The notes below the pieces were generated by a model that was given only the letters and a program-made list of their open reading frames with translations, did no database searches and was not told the origin of the DNA. The position numbers and the translations under genes were made by a program. A stretch of 64,000 nt of DNA from Octopus vulgaris (lineage: Eukaryota). The stretch lies in NCBI GenBank assembly GCA_951406725.2, contig OX597838.1, positions 248,001 to 312,000 on the forward strand, in the 5' to 3' direction. This document shows positions 39,225 through 51,799 of the stretch, piece by piece. Position 1 is the stretch's first letter. Every line of letters begins with the position of its first letter.

Positions 39225-39742
39225 ACACCAGACATTCACTTAGGGACTTCTCTACTCATGTGGGGATGTTCTGACCCCCCAGATTCTCACATTGTATTTG
39301 TTCAGTTTCCCTGAAGCATGAAAGGTTGCCTCGTCACTAAAACAAACTCGTCTGAGGAATGTTTTATCTTCAGAAATCAGTTGCAGCATGTGAACTGCAA
39401 ACTCTTTTCGTCTTGGTTCCATCATTTGGCTCAATTGCCTGTAGGAGTTGCACTTTGTTAGCAGACAATCGCAGGTTCTTGTGTAGAAACTTGTGTAGCT
39501 CTGTCTGGCAGTAGTACGGATGGACTTTCTGGGAGAATGAGAAAAGGTTTCTCTTACACGGTCAATGTTTTCCTCAGATGTTCTTGATCACCCACTCCTC
39601 TTTCTATCTAACACTGTCCCTGTCTCCATAAATTTCTTGTGCCATACTTTGTTCTGTAGTTTCGTTGAGTTTGTGTATCTGATTTTATCTCAATAAACCA
39701 TGGAACATGTAAATTGTAAAAAGAGTTTATGGACACCCTGTA
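39225..39742 (-). mobile_element. Tc1/mariner-superfamily transposon remnant
   Basis: RRKEFAVHMLQLISEDKTFLRRVCFSDEATFHASGKLNKYNVRIWG, with terminal TACAGGGTGTCCATAAACTC next to (TA)n. Confidence 0.85.
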
Positions 39743-39769
39743 TATATATATATATATATATATATAATA

Positions 39770-42560
39770 ATAATAATATTAGGGAATAAATCCAAACTTA
39801 CAGGGAAAAATGAGATTTAGGATTAAATCTAATTTTATAGTATAAATATATTATATTATATTATATTAAATTAGAGATAAAACCACTATTAGGCAAATCA
39901 AACAGTGAAAAACATAAGCCAATACATAAAATTAATTTAAAATATAAAAGTTAAAAATAAAAAATTATTTAAATAATTTAAACTTATAAATTTTATATAT
40001 ATATATATATGTATGTATGTATATTTTTATATTTATATATTATTTTATTTATTAATTAATTAATTTTTTTTTTTTATATATATCAAAAGTATTAAAAGTT
40101 TAATAAAAGATAAAGAGTAAAACACTATGATCGTCTCATGGCTGTACCAATTCGAATAACAATAATTTAAATTCAATTAATAATCCGAGTTATGGTTACA
40201 GTCAATCTTCAGGTTAATTGAAATATTTTTAAAATGATCAGAAATATTTAAACAATATTTTTAAGATATAAATAATATAATAATTTTACTTATAATAAAC
40301 TCTATTATCAAATTAGAAACTTAAAACTTAACAATTATGATTATATCAAAATCACTTATAATGTTAAATATTAATTTTAATTTATAAGGTAGGAAACCCA
40401 CCAATAATTTAATATCGGTAATAGTCTATATCTAATTACATAAATATTTTTTAAAAATAACTATTATATATAAATTATCAATGAAAATATATAAATGTAT
40501 ATAAATATTATAATTAAGATCTAAAATAATCTCTATAAATAAATATATATGCACATATAATAAAAACCTAATAAATTAATTTTTCATATTTAAAGATGAA
40601 ATAGCTAATTTCAAAAATACAAACAAACAAACTTAAACGAATTTTCGGAAATCTTATGTAAAATACTTATAGAAATAATCAATTCGTAGTAATATAGTAT
40701 CGAATAAATACTATAAATATAATTATCAATGGGAATAACTAGCAAATATCAATTTTAAAAGACAATAACTAAGTTATGCTATTAAGTTAGACATAACCTG
40801 GACCAATCTTTAGTCGAAACATATCTAAGTTTATCAAAGTTTATCTAATTTTAATTATAATAAATTTAAAACTACAATTAATACATGTATATACAAAAGC
40901 CTAACTTTAGACACCTCGTATATTTGCTATCAAACATGAATCTATCGCTAAGTAGTATCTTACGAATAAACTTAAATTTAATATCTAATAATATAGAAAA
41001 TTACGATAATTAGATCATTACATAAACAACAATATTTACATAAGGAAAATATTATTAATTTAATATAATATAATATTATATATATATATATAAACATTGA
41101 TCAAAGAACAAGCATTAAATTCAAGTCAACGATTTTATATATAACACCATACCTCCAAAGATTTGATCATATATAAATATTACCATGGCTCTTAAACATA
41201 TAGAGTATACATCATCATCATCATCGTTTAACGTCCGTTCTCCCTGCTAGCATGGGTTGGACGGTTCGACCGGGGATCTGGGAAGCCAGGAGGCTGCACC
41301 AGGCTCCAGTCTTATCTGGCAATGTTTCTACAGCTGGGTGCCCTTCCTAACGCCAACCACTCCGTGAATGTAGTGGGTGCTTTTTACGTGCCACCTGCAC
41401 GTATATATGTATATACGTGCAGGTGGCACGTATATACATATATATTGTACCTGCATGCTTTGATCTTGTTGATTTTGTTGCATGTATTTTTTTTGATGTA
41501 CCTGATGTATTTTACATTGTATTTGATGTCATAATAATTGTTATAAACTACTGTTGTTAAACGTAAGCCAAATTGCCTTCCGCCGTGTCTCTCTCTCTAT
41601 CTCTTCCTGCTGTTGCTGTTTGTTGTTGTTCTCTCCGGTCACCGGTTGCCGCCTTCCCCCACCGAATTCTCTCTCTCTTTCTGTGGCGAATTCTCCGTTC
41701 GACTGAGCCTGGTCAATCGTCGTCGCTCGACTTGGTAGGGTCCCGGGTTTCCGAAGAGTTTGAGCGACCGCAGGTATTCATAACATATGAAGTACACATA
41801 TATAAAAAAAAAGACATATAAAGTATACATATATAAAAAAAGACATAAAATATACATATATAAAAAAACACAGAAGGTAATAAATATCTATGCAAATAAA
41901 AATGTAGATGTGTAGAACGGCCTATCAAGGTGTATATACAATCAACTAAAAATTCTAAAGCTTGTCATGCTACTAAAAATCTAAATAAAATAAAATATTA
42001 GTCAACTGAAAAAAAAAAATCTTCTTACTCCCCTCAAACAAAAGAGTGCGTCCTTTTTTTGTTTTTTTGTTTGTTAGAAGATTTGGACTGGTCCTGTGAT
42101 GGATTACTATCTTTAAATTAGCCATGCAGCACTGAACGAATGATTTGTTGCGTTTCCTGCTCATCCTGATGAGGGGGTCATTTCTGTGATGCAACTCATA
42201 ATTAAACCATGGCAATGAACTCCCAAAATGGCCATAGGTGTGTTTGACTTAATTTTGTTGAACTCTATTTGCTCCTCAACTCCAATCTACCATGGATTTT
42301 ATGAAATGAACTTTTTTGACGTTTTGTTTGAGGCGAGTAAGAAAAATGTTTTTTAGTCAATTGATATTTTATTGTATTTAGATTTTTCGTCTCATGACAC
42401 ACTTTAAAATTTTTAGTCGATTGTATATACCTTCTTGATAGGCCATTCTATATATATGTTTAAGAGTCATGGTAATATATATGATCAAACGTTTGGAGGT
42501 ACGGCGTTATATAGAAAGTCATTGACTCGAATTTGATGTTTGTTCTGTGATCAATGTTTT
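39770..42560. mobile_element. Complex of extremely AT-rich Penelope-like remnants with inverted repeats and decayed hammerheads
   Basis: Inverted repeats at 41092-41205 versus 42447-42560 and 41913-41969 versus 42392-42450. Degenerate hammerhead motifs at 40122-40215 (-) and 42162-42240 (+). Confidence 0.55.
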
Positions 42561-42639
42561 TATTTTTTTTATCTTCATCTCAATTACATTTCAGCACTTC
42601 TTTTTTTTGCAGTCCTATAAACCCTTTTGTTTCTATAAA

Positions 42640-43760
42640 TGAGACAAAAATTATTTCTTGCCATATATACACAGACATGCAGGAAGTAAATAGACACTTT
42701 TAATTTTTCAAAATCTTTTATTTAATACACAAAGCGAACAATTGAAATGTAATTGATAGGTTGCACTACATACTTTAGTATTTAGTTGACATTCCCTTTG
42801 CAGTTTTTAATTCAGAAACTCTTTTCGGCTTTGAACTGATGAGCTTTGTGATTGTCTCTTGTGGAATTTCTGACCACTTTTCACGCAACGATCAAAACAA
42901 TTCATCTTTAGATTTAGGTTTCTGTTGAGTTTTTCATATAGTTCTATCTAGTATGCTCCAAAGATTTCCAATTGGGGTCATGTCAGGAGATTGGCTCGGC
43001 TAAGGAAGCTTTTTGATCCCATTTTCAGTCAGCCATTGATAACTTTTCACTGTGTGGCATGGAACCCCATCATCAGAAGTAGACCTTCCTTAAGTATTTC
43101 GATGTATTTTTCAGAGTTTAAGGTTCCAACACATTCGATCAGCTCAGAACGACCATTGCTGGTGACAGCTTCCCATACCATTACAGATATACTGCCATGT
43201 TTTACAGTTGGTTGGAGTTGTTTCAAATCAAATTCTTGATTGGGAAACCTCCAGACCCAAACACATCCACTGTCTGAAAATAATCTCCTTAGCCCATTTC
43301 CTTCTTTTCATGATATTAATTGGTTGAAGGAGAGGTTTTCTTCTAGCTGCTCGTCCATAATACCCTAGCTTGGACTAACTTCTAGCTGTTTTGCAGGTCA
43401 GAAGCCTTCAAATGGGGTTTGTTTTCCACAATTCTCTTCAAACAGTGAAGCTTCCTTTCCGAGGGCCAAGGTTGGCTGGGATGAGAATCTGTTGATTCTT
43501 TTCCTTGGCTTTTGAATTGTACTATAATTCTATTAAGAGTAGCAAGAGAAATTTGAAGATTTTCGGCAATTTTTCGCTGGTTAAGACCAGCCTCAGAGTG
43601 CCCGACAATATGACGTCTTTGAAAATCTGACAGTTCTGCTGAATTTTTGTGCGTGGTATGCTTACTCTTCACAAATGTTTAATATAATAGCACCTGGAAT
43701 GAAAGGAATAATTACATTGTAAATTCTACACCACTGAAAACATATTAAGACGCTTAGATC
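42640..43760 (-). mobile_element. Tc1-like transposon remnant
   Basis: ELSDFQRRHIVGHSEAGLNQRKIAENLQISLATLNRII (paired-like HTH). Downstream FSDSG, TVKHGSISVMVWEA and PSQSPDMTPIGNLWSILD motifs. Confidence 0.88.
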
Positions 43761-44128
43761 AGAAAGTTTGAAAATGAAAGGTGTCTATTTACTTCCTGCA
43801 TGTCTATGCATGCACACACACACACACACACACACGTTTATTAATTTGTTTTGCAAGATTCCTAATGTGAAATAGTGTGTAGAAACAGATATTGTTGTAT
43901 TTTGAGGATGGTCTCTTTTTCCCCTTTTAGCCAAATAAACACACACACCATATATATATATCATCATCATCATCGTTTAACGTCCGCTTTCCATGCTAGC
44001 ATGGGTTGGACGGTTCAACTGGGGTCTGGGAAGCCCGAAGGCTGCACCAGGCCAGTCAGATCTGGCGGTGTTTCTACAGCTGGATGCCCTTCCTAACGCC
44101 AACCACTCTGTGAGTGTATATATGTGTG

Positions 44129-44978
44129 AGAGTGAGAGAAAGTTGTGGTGAAAGAGTACAGAAGGGTTCGCCACCACCTCCTGTCAGAGTGTCATGAAGC
44201 TTCAAGTGTTTTCGCTCAATAAACACTCACAACACCCAGTCTGGGAATCAAAACCCTGATCCTACAACCGCAAGTCCACTGCCCTAACCACCGGGCCATT
44301 GTGCATCCACCCTGAGAATAAGAATAGGCTGCGCAAAGTTCATAGAGCTCCTACCTCTGCTAGTAACAAAGGGCCTCTTGCTCAGAGTGAAAGGCAGACT
44401 GTATGATGCGTGTGTGCAAACAGCCATGCAACATGGCAGTGACACATGGTCTGTGACTGCTGAGGACATGTGTAGTCTTGTAAGAAATGATGCTAGAATG
44501 CTTTGTTGGATGTGCAGTGTCTGTGTGCATGCACGACAGAGTGTAAGTGTCCTAAGAGAAGAGTTGGACATGAGAGACAACTGTGCTGGTATGGTCATGT
44601 GATGCATATGGATGAGGACAGCTGTATGAAAAAGTGTCACACTCGTATGGTGGAGGGAACCTGTGGAAGAAGTAGAACCAAGAAGAGGTGGAACAAGGAG
44701 GTGAAGCACGATCTTCGAATGTGTGTGTGTGTCATGACACACACACACACACATGTGCATGTAAGGATACACATCTTAGAAGAACAGAATAGGTGGAGCA
44801 AGAACACACATGAAAATGAAAAGGATCACTGAAGAGGTCATAGATGTGTGACGAAAAATTTCTGGACAATGGACATAAGTTAAAATAATAAAATAAGAAC
44901 AGCAATAAATGAGTGAAGAAAATGTATGTATGTGTGTGTGTGTGTATATATATACCTATCTATCTATCTATCTATCTA

Positions 44979-45016
<38 letters not shown>

Positions 45017-45865
45017 TAGATAGATAGATAGATAGGTATATATATATACACACACACACACATACATACATTTTCTTCACTCATTTATTGCTGTTCTTAT
45101 TTTATTATTTTAACTTATGTCCATTGTCCAGAAATTTTTCGTCACACATCTATGACCTCTTCAGTGATCCTTTTCATTTTCATGTGTGTTCTTGCTCCAC
45201 CTATTCTGTTCTTCTAAGATGTGTATCCTTACATGCACATGTGTGTGTGTGTGTGTGCATGACACACACACACATTCGAAGATCGTGCTTCACCTCCTTG
45301 TTCCACCTCTTCTTGGTTCTACTTCTTCCACAGGTTCCCTCCACCATACGAGTGTGACACTTTTTCATACAGCTGTCCTCATCCATATGCATCACATGAC
45401 CATACCAGCACAGTTGTCTCTCATGTCCAACTCTTCTCTTAGGACACTTACACTCTGTCGTGCATGCACACAGACACTGCACATCCAACAAAGCATTCTA
45501 GCATCATTTCTTACAAGACTACACATGTCCTCAGCAGTCACAGACCATGTGTCACTGCCATGTTGCATGGTTGTTTGCACACACGCATCATACAGTCTGC
45601 CTTTCACTCTGAGCAAGAGGCCCTTTGTTACTAGCAGAGGTAGGAGCTCTATGAACTTTGCGCAGCCTATTCTTATTCTCAGGGTGGATGCACAATGGCC
45701 CGGTGGTTAGGGCAGTGGACTTGCGGTTGTAGGATCAGGGTTTTGATTCCCAGACTGGGTGTTGTGAGTGTTTATTGAGCGAAAACACTTGAAGCTTCAT
45801 GACACTCTGACAGGAGGTGGTGGCGAACCCTTCTGTACTCTTTCACCACAACTTTCTCTCACTCT
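44129..45865. repeat. Near-perfect palindrome, arms about 850-870 bp, centred on (TA)n at about 44997
   Basis: Left and right arms are reverse complements, giving mirror ORFs 44284-44772(-)/45186-45710(+) and 44378-44602(+)/45392-45616(-). Only a few differences are visible (e.g. VQTAMQ versus VQTTMQ, microsatellite lengths). Confidence 0.97.
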
Positions 45866-46058
45866 TTCTTCCTGTTTCTGTTGTACCTGTATTTCAAAGG
45901 GCCAGCCTTGTCACACTCTCCCCGCAAACTACATTAAGGGTACACGGGTACACATGTCTGTGGAGTGCTCAGCCACTTGCATGTTAATGTCACAAGCAGG
46001 CTGTTCCGTTGATAGGATCAACCCGAACCCTCATCAGCATAACTGACAAAGTGCCACG
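45685..46058 (+). mobile_element. tRNA-derived SINE inserted in an RTE fragment
   Basis: A-box TGGCCCGGTGG and decayed B-box GGTTTTGATTCCC. The minus-strand RTE reading resumes at about 46060. Confidence 0.7.
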
Positions 46059-46614
46059 ACTCTCTCAGAGCATCCACACCTGCTACTAACTTGATCACTT
46101 AGGTAACGGAAGCTATCTACTACCTCTAGCCAACCCCCACGGCAGTTGATGGAATATATTTTCTGTACATGTTCCCTGTTTATTGTACCTGTGCATCTAC
46201 TGTATACAAAAGCTATCTTCCCTATTAACTTACTTCTGATATTGCTGCACCACTTATGTGTCCAAGGCTTACACTGGGTGCATCTTACAGGCTATTCTTA
46301 TTCTAGCAACTATACTCTCAGAGCATCCACCCCTGCTACCGACTTGGTTACCTAGGTAATGGAAGCTATCAACTACTTCTAGTTTTCTCCCCTGGCATTT
46401 GATGGAATCAATTTTTTGTACATTTTCTGGAGTTTATTGTACCTGTGCACCTTCCACACCCAAAAACTATCTTCCTTGCTAACCTTCCTCTGATGTTGCT
46501 GCACCTCTTACGTGTCCATAGCTTACACCAGGTATTATTTACTGAAAATATAATTCTTACTGAAACTTTCCATTGTGTGTAATAGAAACTTGTAATGTTT
46601 TTGCAGACTAACCA

Positions 46615-46697
46615 ATGGATAAATCGGGCCAAAATATACTGATTTTGGCCAAACTGAATGAAGTATGTGGCAACTCAAGTACAGCAACCCGAATTAA
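46615..46697 (+). CDS. GLT1D1: Glycosyltransferase 1 domain-containing protein 1-like, coding exon 1
   Basis: Acceptor TTGCAG at 46601-46606 and ATG at 46615. MDKSGQNILILAKLNEVCGNSSTATRI(K) matches [22 protein letters not shown] of vertebrate GLT1D1 (recalled). GTAAGT donor, phase 2. Confidence 0.88.
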
Positions 46698-46815
46698 GTA
46701 AGTGTATTATGATCACCACTTGTCTATTCTTTTATCCTGATACCATTAAATCGAAAATGCATTTTGCATAATAAAAGCTTTTTTTCATTAACATCTGTTT
46801 ACATTCTCTTTCTAG

Positions 46816-46955
46816 ATGTCACCTTGCGAAAGTAGGTTTCCATTGTATATTACAAGATGTTGGCTCAACTGAGTGTGTTGATGCTCTTCTGCAACAGCAT
46901 CAAATATCAGCCATATTGGCACTGCACGCTTACCATTCAGGAAAGATTCTTACAA
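46816..46955 (+). CDS. GLT1D1: GLT1D1-like coding exon 2
   Basis: TTTCTAG acceptor and GTAAG donor. CHLAKVGFHCILQDVGSTECVDALLQQHQISAILALHAYHSGKILT (compare HLEAAGHVCVLKD...ALALHLYRGGRLL). Confidence 0.92.
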
Positions 46956-48306
46956 GTAAGAAATATCTGTATATTACAATTAACATTCATTTTCTTTATT
47001 GTCTCAGTGACAATCTAATCCATGGCTACCACCCTAGATATAATGTGACTTTTGCCAAAACACTCCTAGTTTCTCACACACAGACCTTCTGTGCCTCTTC
47101 TCTCTGGTTTTTCTACCACAGCCCCTGTTCTTCACAGCTGTCTGGACTTGTGCCACGTCCACTCAGGAACTCCCAACTCACTTACCTCTTATCATCTGTA
47201 TTGTAGTCATCCCCCCCCCCCAGCACTTTAATGCCCAGTTCTTACTTTTTAGACCATTGGGCTTTTTTTTTTTGGAATTCTTTCCTGTGCATTTCCTGCA
47301 GTGTTTTGAATTGTTTCTATTCAAGAGGAACGCTATTGGCACAAAACCAGCAGTTAGGGTAGAAGTGCATCACACCAGCCCCCCCCCTGCTCAACTGGTT
47401 TATTGTTTTATTGACTTAAGTCAACCTTGGAGGAATTAGAAATCAGAACATAAAGACGGCCAAAATGCTGCCAACCATTTTGCTTGGCATGCTAATGATT
47501 CTGCCAGCTGTCTATCTTATTTCAAGGGCAACTATATTGACTCACAAATGAGTGGTGGAGGTGGCTGTGAAGGCCATACATATATCTGCCCCCCCCCCCG
47601 TACAATATAATAAAACCAGTGACTCACAAAAAGTAACCCTACAGTTTCTTACTTTCTGTTGTTATTAAATTAATATTACAAATCTTTAGCCAGTACATTT
47701 GTATTCATGCTTTCATGCAGTGGGTTGACTGTATCTGTAAATTCACTTCTTTGCATGGATTTCTGCACCAAAAGTGAAATAATAGAAGCATCGATTTTAT
47801 TGCTTGGTGCTCTGAGGTATGAGCAAATGGTTTCAAGTCAGTTTGCTGCCAGACTTTAAGCCAAAGAACTAACATTCCACCAATGGCATTGCACTGTATC
47901 CCTGTGCAAAAGTACTTAGCATCCAGTCACCCAGTGCACTAACTGTAAATATACTTTGTGGATCTAAGTTCATTGCTACAAGCAATTCAAATCCACAAAT
48001 GGATGTAGCCCAGTGAAGCCACTAAGATTCACTCTAGTAAATTCTTTTTCAACTACCTTTACATAAAGTATTCAATGGGCCCCAACAAGCTATACTACTG
48101 CTGCTTAATCTACAGCAAACTAAATTTATATCCATGTTGAAAAAGCATAAACCTTGGTCTTGAGTTCTTTAAATCCTACTCTTATATCCTTCAGAATTTA
48201 AAAAGAATCAATGTTTGGTGTAACACTCGAGCATCAGATAAAAATTCTACCAACACCACTTTCGACAATGGCTAGGCTAAGCATCATTATTATTTCTCTC
48301 TTTCAG

Positions 48307-48418
48307 ATAGTCGTCTAAACATACCATATGCTGTCGTCCTTGGTGGAACTGACGTCAATGAATATCATAGAGATACTGACAAGATGAAAATTATGTCTTC
48401 AGTTCTTAAACATTCCAA
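48307..48418 (+). CDS. GLT1D1: GLT1D1-like coding exon 3
   Basis: TTTCAG acceptor and GTAATG donor. SRLNIPYAVVLGGTDVNEYHRDTDKMKIMSSVLKHS contains the family motif IP...GGTDVNE. Confidence 0.95.
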
Positions 48419-49659
48419 GTAATGATTTTCACAAACTATTTCTTTATAAAGCAGATTGTAATCCTTTGATGTTGTTTCCTAAGTCAGGGTCTCTTTCCTT
48501 ACTGAGATTTCAGTATGTTTGAAGACTCTGCTACACTTTTTATATTATATGGCAGTTCTGAAGTAGTTTCCCTGATCTTTTAATATATTCTCCTTTTCCT
48601 GACTCAGCTTGGCTGACAAAAGCTTATACTCTTAATTCAGTGTTGAGTTCTGAGCACTAAGAATGATGGCAAAAATCATTCCTCTAACAATATATAAATA
48701 TTCAAGTAATTTTGAGTTTTTAGCATGAAAGAAGCAGGAAGATGGGAGAAGAGGAATTTCTTAAACAAAACAGTGCTTCTGTTGTGTTCAACAAAACAAT
48801 AACCAAGGAAGAACTGTTCATTGAAAAAATCAGGAACTGACTTAAATCTCAGATATTTACGATATCTCAGCTGAGTTTTCAGTTGATTAAATAATTACAA
48901 ATTTTTAAAATTTGTGTTATTGTTGAGTAGTCAAGAATACTTTTTTTTCTATTTTTTTTTTTAATACTGGTTGTTGACTAGCAACATCAATCTTCTATTT
49001 TTTAATTTCTAATTAGGGTCCTTTGTGATAATCAGGAATATCACCATTTGTCATTTAACTCTTTAAATAGCAACCCTTTCCTTCTGTGGAGAATCTGTCA
49101 TTTCTCAAATTATTTGACCTTTCATGTTTAGAAATATCCTTCAATGGGTGATTCTATTAAATTGATGATAAGAGCTTGTGACTGTCACATCAACAAGAAG
49201 AATTCAGCTCAACGCTGCTAGCTAACGAGAGATATGTTAATGTTAAATTAGCGGGGGGGCGAATATTCGTAAAGTCCCTTCTCAAATTGTGGAAAGTCGA
49301 TTATAATGACATTTAGTCTGTAGAATAGGGCCCAATGCTCTTCATTTTTAAACTGCCTTCTTAAACTAAGGCAGATCATTGCAGCTGAGGATTGATTTGA
49401 ATTTTTGTATAAAAGGAACAGATCGGAAGAGAAGTTGTTCTTGGTTGAAAGGATTAACATGGAATGAGATTCAGTATATTGCAAAGAGGAGGAGGAGGAG
49501 AGATCCGTTGCCTGTGCTAGGGAGAGTGGAAGAGTTGGCGGGATGGAGGTGGCTAATTCAGGATGACAGTTATCAAAGCAATGTTTTAAGATACTTACTT
49601 ACAGCTAGATGGACTTTGCCTTTGAAGTGTGCTGGCCTCGAAATCAAATTCAATGACTG

Positions 49660-50110
49660 GCATCAGTGCTAGTGGAGCGCTAAGAGAACCATACGAGTGA
49701 GATCGTGGCCAGAGCAACAAGCTGGCCTCCGAGCCGATGGCACGTTAAAAACACCATTTGAATGTGATCATTACCTGCGTCACCTTACTAGCACTTGTGC
49801 TGGTGGCACGTGAAAAAACATTCGAGCGAGGTCGTTGCCAGTGCCGCTGGACTGGCTCCTGTGCAGGTGGCACAGAAAAAGCATCATTTGAGCATGGCCG
49901 TTGCCAGTACCACCTGACTGGCCCTCATGCCGGTGGCACGTAAAAGCACCCACTACACTCTCGGAGTGGTTGGCATTAGGAAGGGCATCCAGCTGTAGAA
50001 ACTCTGCCAGATCAGATTGGAGTCTGGTGCAGCCATCTGGTTTGCCAGACCATAGTCAAATTGTCCAACCCATGCTAGCATGGAAAGCGGATGTTAAACG
50101 ATGATGATGA
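49660..50110 (+). mobile_element. Isolated 3' UTR/tail copy of the RTE family
   Basis: Matches 54560-54875 and ends in (GAT)n. Other tail copies are at 41210-41400 (-) and 43960-44115 (-). Confidence 0.85.
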
Positions 50111-51119
50111 GTGCCTTATACAATATATAAACAACCCCTTAGGAAATTGTTCACTAACCAAATCTCTTCTAAATTCTACACATCTCTTCAAGATAAACAT
50201 CAAATTCTGAAACATAAAAGAGATCCAAGAACTAGTATCCACAGAATAACGACTTGGCTCCTTATCAAAGACTCCAAGATTAGTAGTGCTTATAGAATGA
50301 TATACACCTTGATCAAAAATTCCAAGATTACTGAAGTCCATAGAATGATTTACAGCTGAACAGTGGTGGCAATTTACAAAATTCCAGTTAAAATTTGTCA
50401 ACAGAAGCAGTATCTCATTACTGCTAAATCTGTCACTTGAATTTCTTCCTTGAATAAAATGGATTTTGTACTTTTTATTTCGTGTCTACTTTCATAGAAA
50501 TCAGCCTGTGACATTTTAAAATGTCTTATATATATATATATATATTGTATGTCTGTTTTATTGTGATTTTGTATCTGCTTTTCCACATGGGTTGTTACAC
50601 TCTACCCAATACATACAATTGTGGAAACTTTTGAATTAGATATCTTTATTGGTACACACCCATCATGTTGTCCAATGACTCGGTCATGCAACCGAATGGT
50701 AATTATAGATGTATCTTGCTTGAGGTTTACTTTATGGCTGGGTTAACTGAGATAATTAAGTAATGGTGGGTGTTTTACCTGGGCCAACAACTAAAATTAT
50801 TTTCTGTACCAGTTACAACTTCTGGACAATAGATATTTAGGTTAGTGCAGTATTTTAACCAGAAAACCGCTTCAGAATATTAATTGTAATATTGTTTAAA
50901 ACTGCTTTGTCACTCTGCTTCTTCAATACAACTGCCTTTGCTATTCACATCATGCTTCATCAAGTAATATGAACAAGATTTTTGCACAAAAGTTAAAACC
51001 TATTGAACCATGTCAAGTTAAAATTGCAAAATCATTTGATATTGAAAGCAGTTATAGAAATATTTAGAATTTCTGTTTTGTCATTTTTACATAGAAATTT
51101 TTAAACTTTCTTTTTTCAG

Positions 51120-51171
51120 GTACATAATAGGATTTAGTAAACAAATGGTCAACACAGCAGCAAGATTATGG
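51120..51171 (+). CDS. GLT1D1: GLT1D1-like coding exon 4
   Basis: Polypyrimidine-CAG acceptor and GTAATG donor. YIIGFSKQMVNTAARLW (compare FAVAFTESMKEMAQAQW); phase 2 to 0 is consistent. Confidence 0.9.
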
Positions 51172-51799
51172 GTAATGTTGGTTTTCATTCTCCTTTCACC
51201 CACATACATTTTTATAAGTGGGTGTGTGTATTCAAAAACTATGTTAACATGGGCAAACGTATCGATATGTGACTAAGGTATTTGCTTTGCAACCACGTAG
51301 ATACAGGTTCAAATTCACTGCATGACATCTTGAGCCTTCTGCTATAGACTCAACTTCATCAATATAAGTGGAAAAAGTCTGTCAACTGCACTTGTGTGAC
51401 TGAAGATATATAATGTATGTGTGTATGCATATATATATATATATATATATTTTTTTTTTTTTGAAAAAAGGAAAAAGAAAGACTTTGCTGGTAGTTCTAA
51501 TCAGTTTAATTTATTATTTTTTCATATAAATTTTAGTTCATAAATCTTGTTTTTTAACTTGGATGTGGGGAATTTTTTTTCAAATTCTTGGTTAACTTTT
51601 TTGGACAACTTTCCCCCACTGCATTCGTTGTCAAACAGATCTGAGGATTTGGGGCTTTGTGATTCTATAGATGAGATTTGGGTGTGTTTGGGGTGGGGTT
51701 GGGCTTTGTTAATCCGTGTGGGTGTGAACGACTTGGTGAATGATAGCTGAAAGAAAGTAGTGAATGGTCAGCACAAGATACTTGATTGGGGGTGGAGGT

